Assembly (NCBI GenBank): GCA_039545335.1
Contig: BCIN01000003.1
Span: forward strand, 1,178,001 to 1,242,000
Origin: Kondoa subrosea
Lineage: Eukaryota
Direction: 5' to 3'
DNA length: 64,000 bases
Positions 63,119-64,000 of the stretch are shown piece by piece; position 1 is the first letter of the stretch, and the number at the start of each line of letters is the position of its first letter. The position numbers and the translations under genes were made by a program. The notes below the pieces were generated by a model, which was not told the DNA's origin, searched no databases, and worked only from the letters and a program-made list of their open reading frames with translations.

Positions 63119-64000
63119 ATGTATAATCAGCCTACTCCGCTGCCCTTCCCAGGCGAGCAGCAAGCATTCTATCCTCAGCAACGTCAGCAGCAGCCCTACT
63201 ATGAGCAACAGCAACACTTCTACCAGCAATCTGGCCCTCCTCTGCCGCAGTATCAAGATTCAAGGTATCAGCAGCAATACCCTCAACCCTATGCTTCTAC
63301 AAGTTCAGCTCCTTATCCTTACTATTCTGGTCCACCTCAACAGGCGTATAATGCTCCTATGCCTCAACAGATAGCTCATCAGCAGTTCCAACCGCAGTAC
63401 CAGAATTATTCCCCTGTGTCAGCTCAGCCTCTACCTCAAAGAACAGCTTCAGGCCCACCAATACAAGGAGGTCGTCCACTACCTATGCCTCCTCCGAAAC
63501 ATAGAACATCTTTACCTGTTTTACCTCAACGTAGCGATGCACCTCCGATCGTCGATACCAATACAAGACCACCAGCTTCTTATGGTGCTGCTGTAGCTTC
63601 ATTATCAAGAGAACAATCGAATGCGTCTTCTTCTTCTGCTACTACTTTACCTTCTTCTCCTGTTTCGTCTGCACCTGTTCTACCCAATCGAAGTGAAACG
63701 CAGCAAGGATCAGTTAGGAGAAAAGGCTGGGCAAGTTGGGATAAAGGCGTCTCTGCAAGCTCAAGCGTTGATACTGTGGTTGAAGAGCTGGCTGGAGTTA
63801 GACTGGACGAAAGCGCTTCGAAACCTGCTTCATATCAAGCTTCGAATTCTTCCAACAGGACGAATGCAACATCATCGACTATTGCTGAAGAAGCTACAAT
63901 AAGTCCATCAGCAGAAGTGCCGACTTTCACAATATCGCAAGAGGAAGAACCAGCCAAGGTTCCAGCTACTCAACCAGTCCCATCGTTTTCGTTCTCGGTC
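63119..64000 (+). CDS. Pro/Gln-rich protein, N-terminal part, truncated by window end
   Basis: Frame from ATG 63119 reads MYNQPTPLPFPGEQQAFYPQQRQQQPYYEQ...GGRPLPMPPP... and appears open to the edge. Confidence 0.65.
   Translation, partial: MYNQPTPLPFPGEQQAFYPQQRQQQPYYEQQQHFYQQSGPPLPQYQDSRYQQQYPQPYASTSSAPYPYYSGPPQQAYNAPMPQQIAHQQFQPQYQNYSPVSAQPLPQRTASGPPIQGGRPLPMPPPKHRTSLPVLPQRSDAPPIVDTNTRPPASYGAAVASLSREQSNASSSSATTLPSSPVSSAPVLPNRSETQQGSVRRKGWASWDKGVSASSSVDTVVEELAGVRLDESASKPASYQASNSSNRTNATSSTIAEEATISPSAEVPTFTISQEEEPAKVPATQPVPSFSFSV

Noticed and set aside
1..64000. tRNA, rRNA, CRISPR arrays, telomeric repeats, intact transposons
   Set aside because: None recognised by eye; tRNAscan-SE, Infernal and RepeatMasker would be needed to exclude small or intron-containing RNA genes and repeat fragments.

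Overview
Gene-dense, intron-rich fungal nuclear DNA with short (~50-60 nt) GT-AG introns and several micro-exons. Gene content suggests a basidiomycete, but that is inference. About 30 protein-coding loci are supported. Recognisable genes: SLD5, AHA1, a DNAJC9-type J-protein, an ABCC/MRP transporter, a WC-2-like PAS-GATA factor, glycyl-tRNA synthetase, DSC3, a Zn alcohol dehydrogenase, an MFS transporter, MDM38/LETM1, eIF2B-alpha, SAM50, MVD1, a group I G-alpha, a GH26 hydrolase and a histidine phosphatase. There are also four F-box/LRR-like genes (two disrupted) and several orphans. No rRNA, tRNA, CRISPR array or intact transposon was recognised. Two observations stand out. (1) A 4-exon, 67-aa gene absent from the ORF track (4892-5272, minus) has a ubiquitin-type RLRGG motif directly before a 20-aa Cys-rich peptide ending in a CaaX-like CCIS, a possible deubiquitinase-processed peptide precursor. 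(2) The last intron of AHA1 is unusually long and hides an in-frame transmembrane tail, implying soluble and tail-anchored isoforms. Exon boundaries were read by eye and need RNA-seq confirmation.
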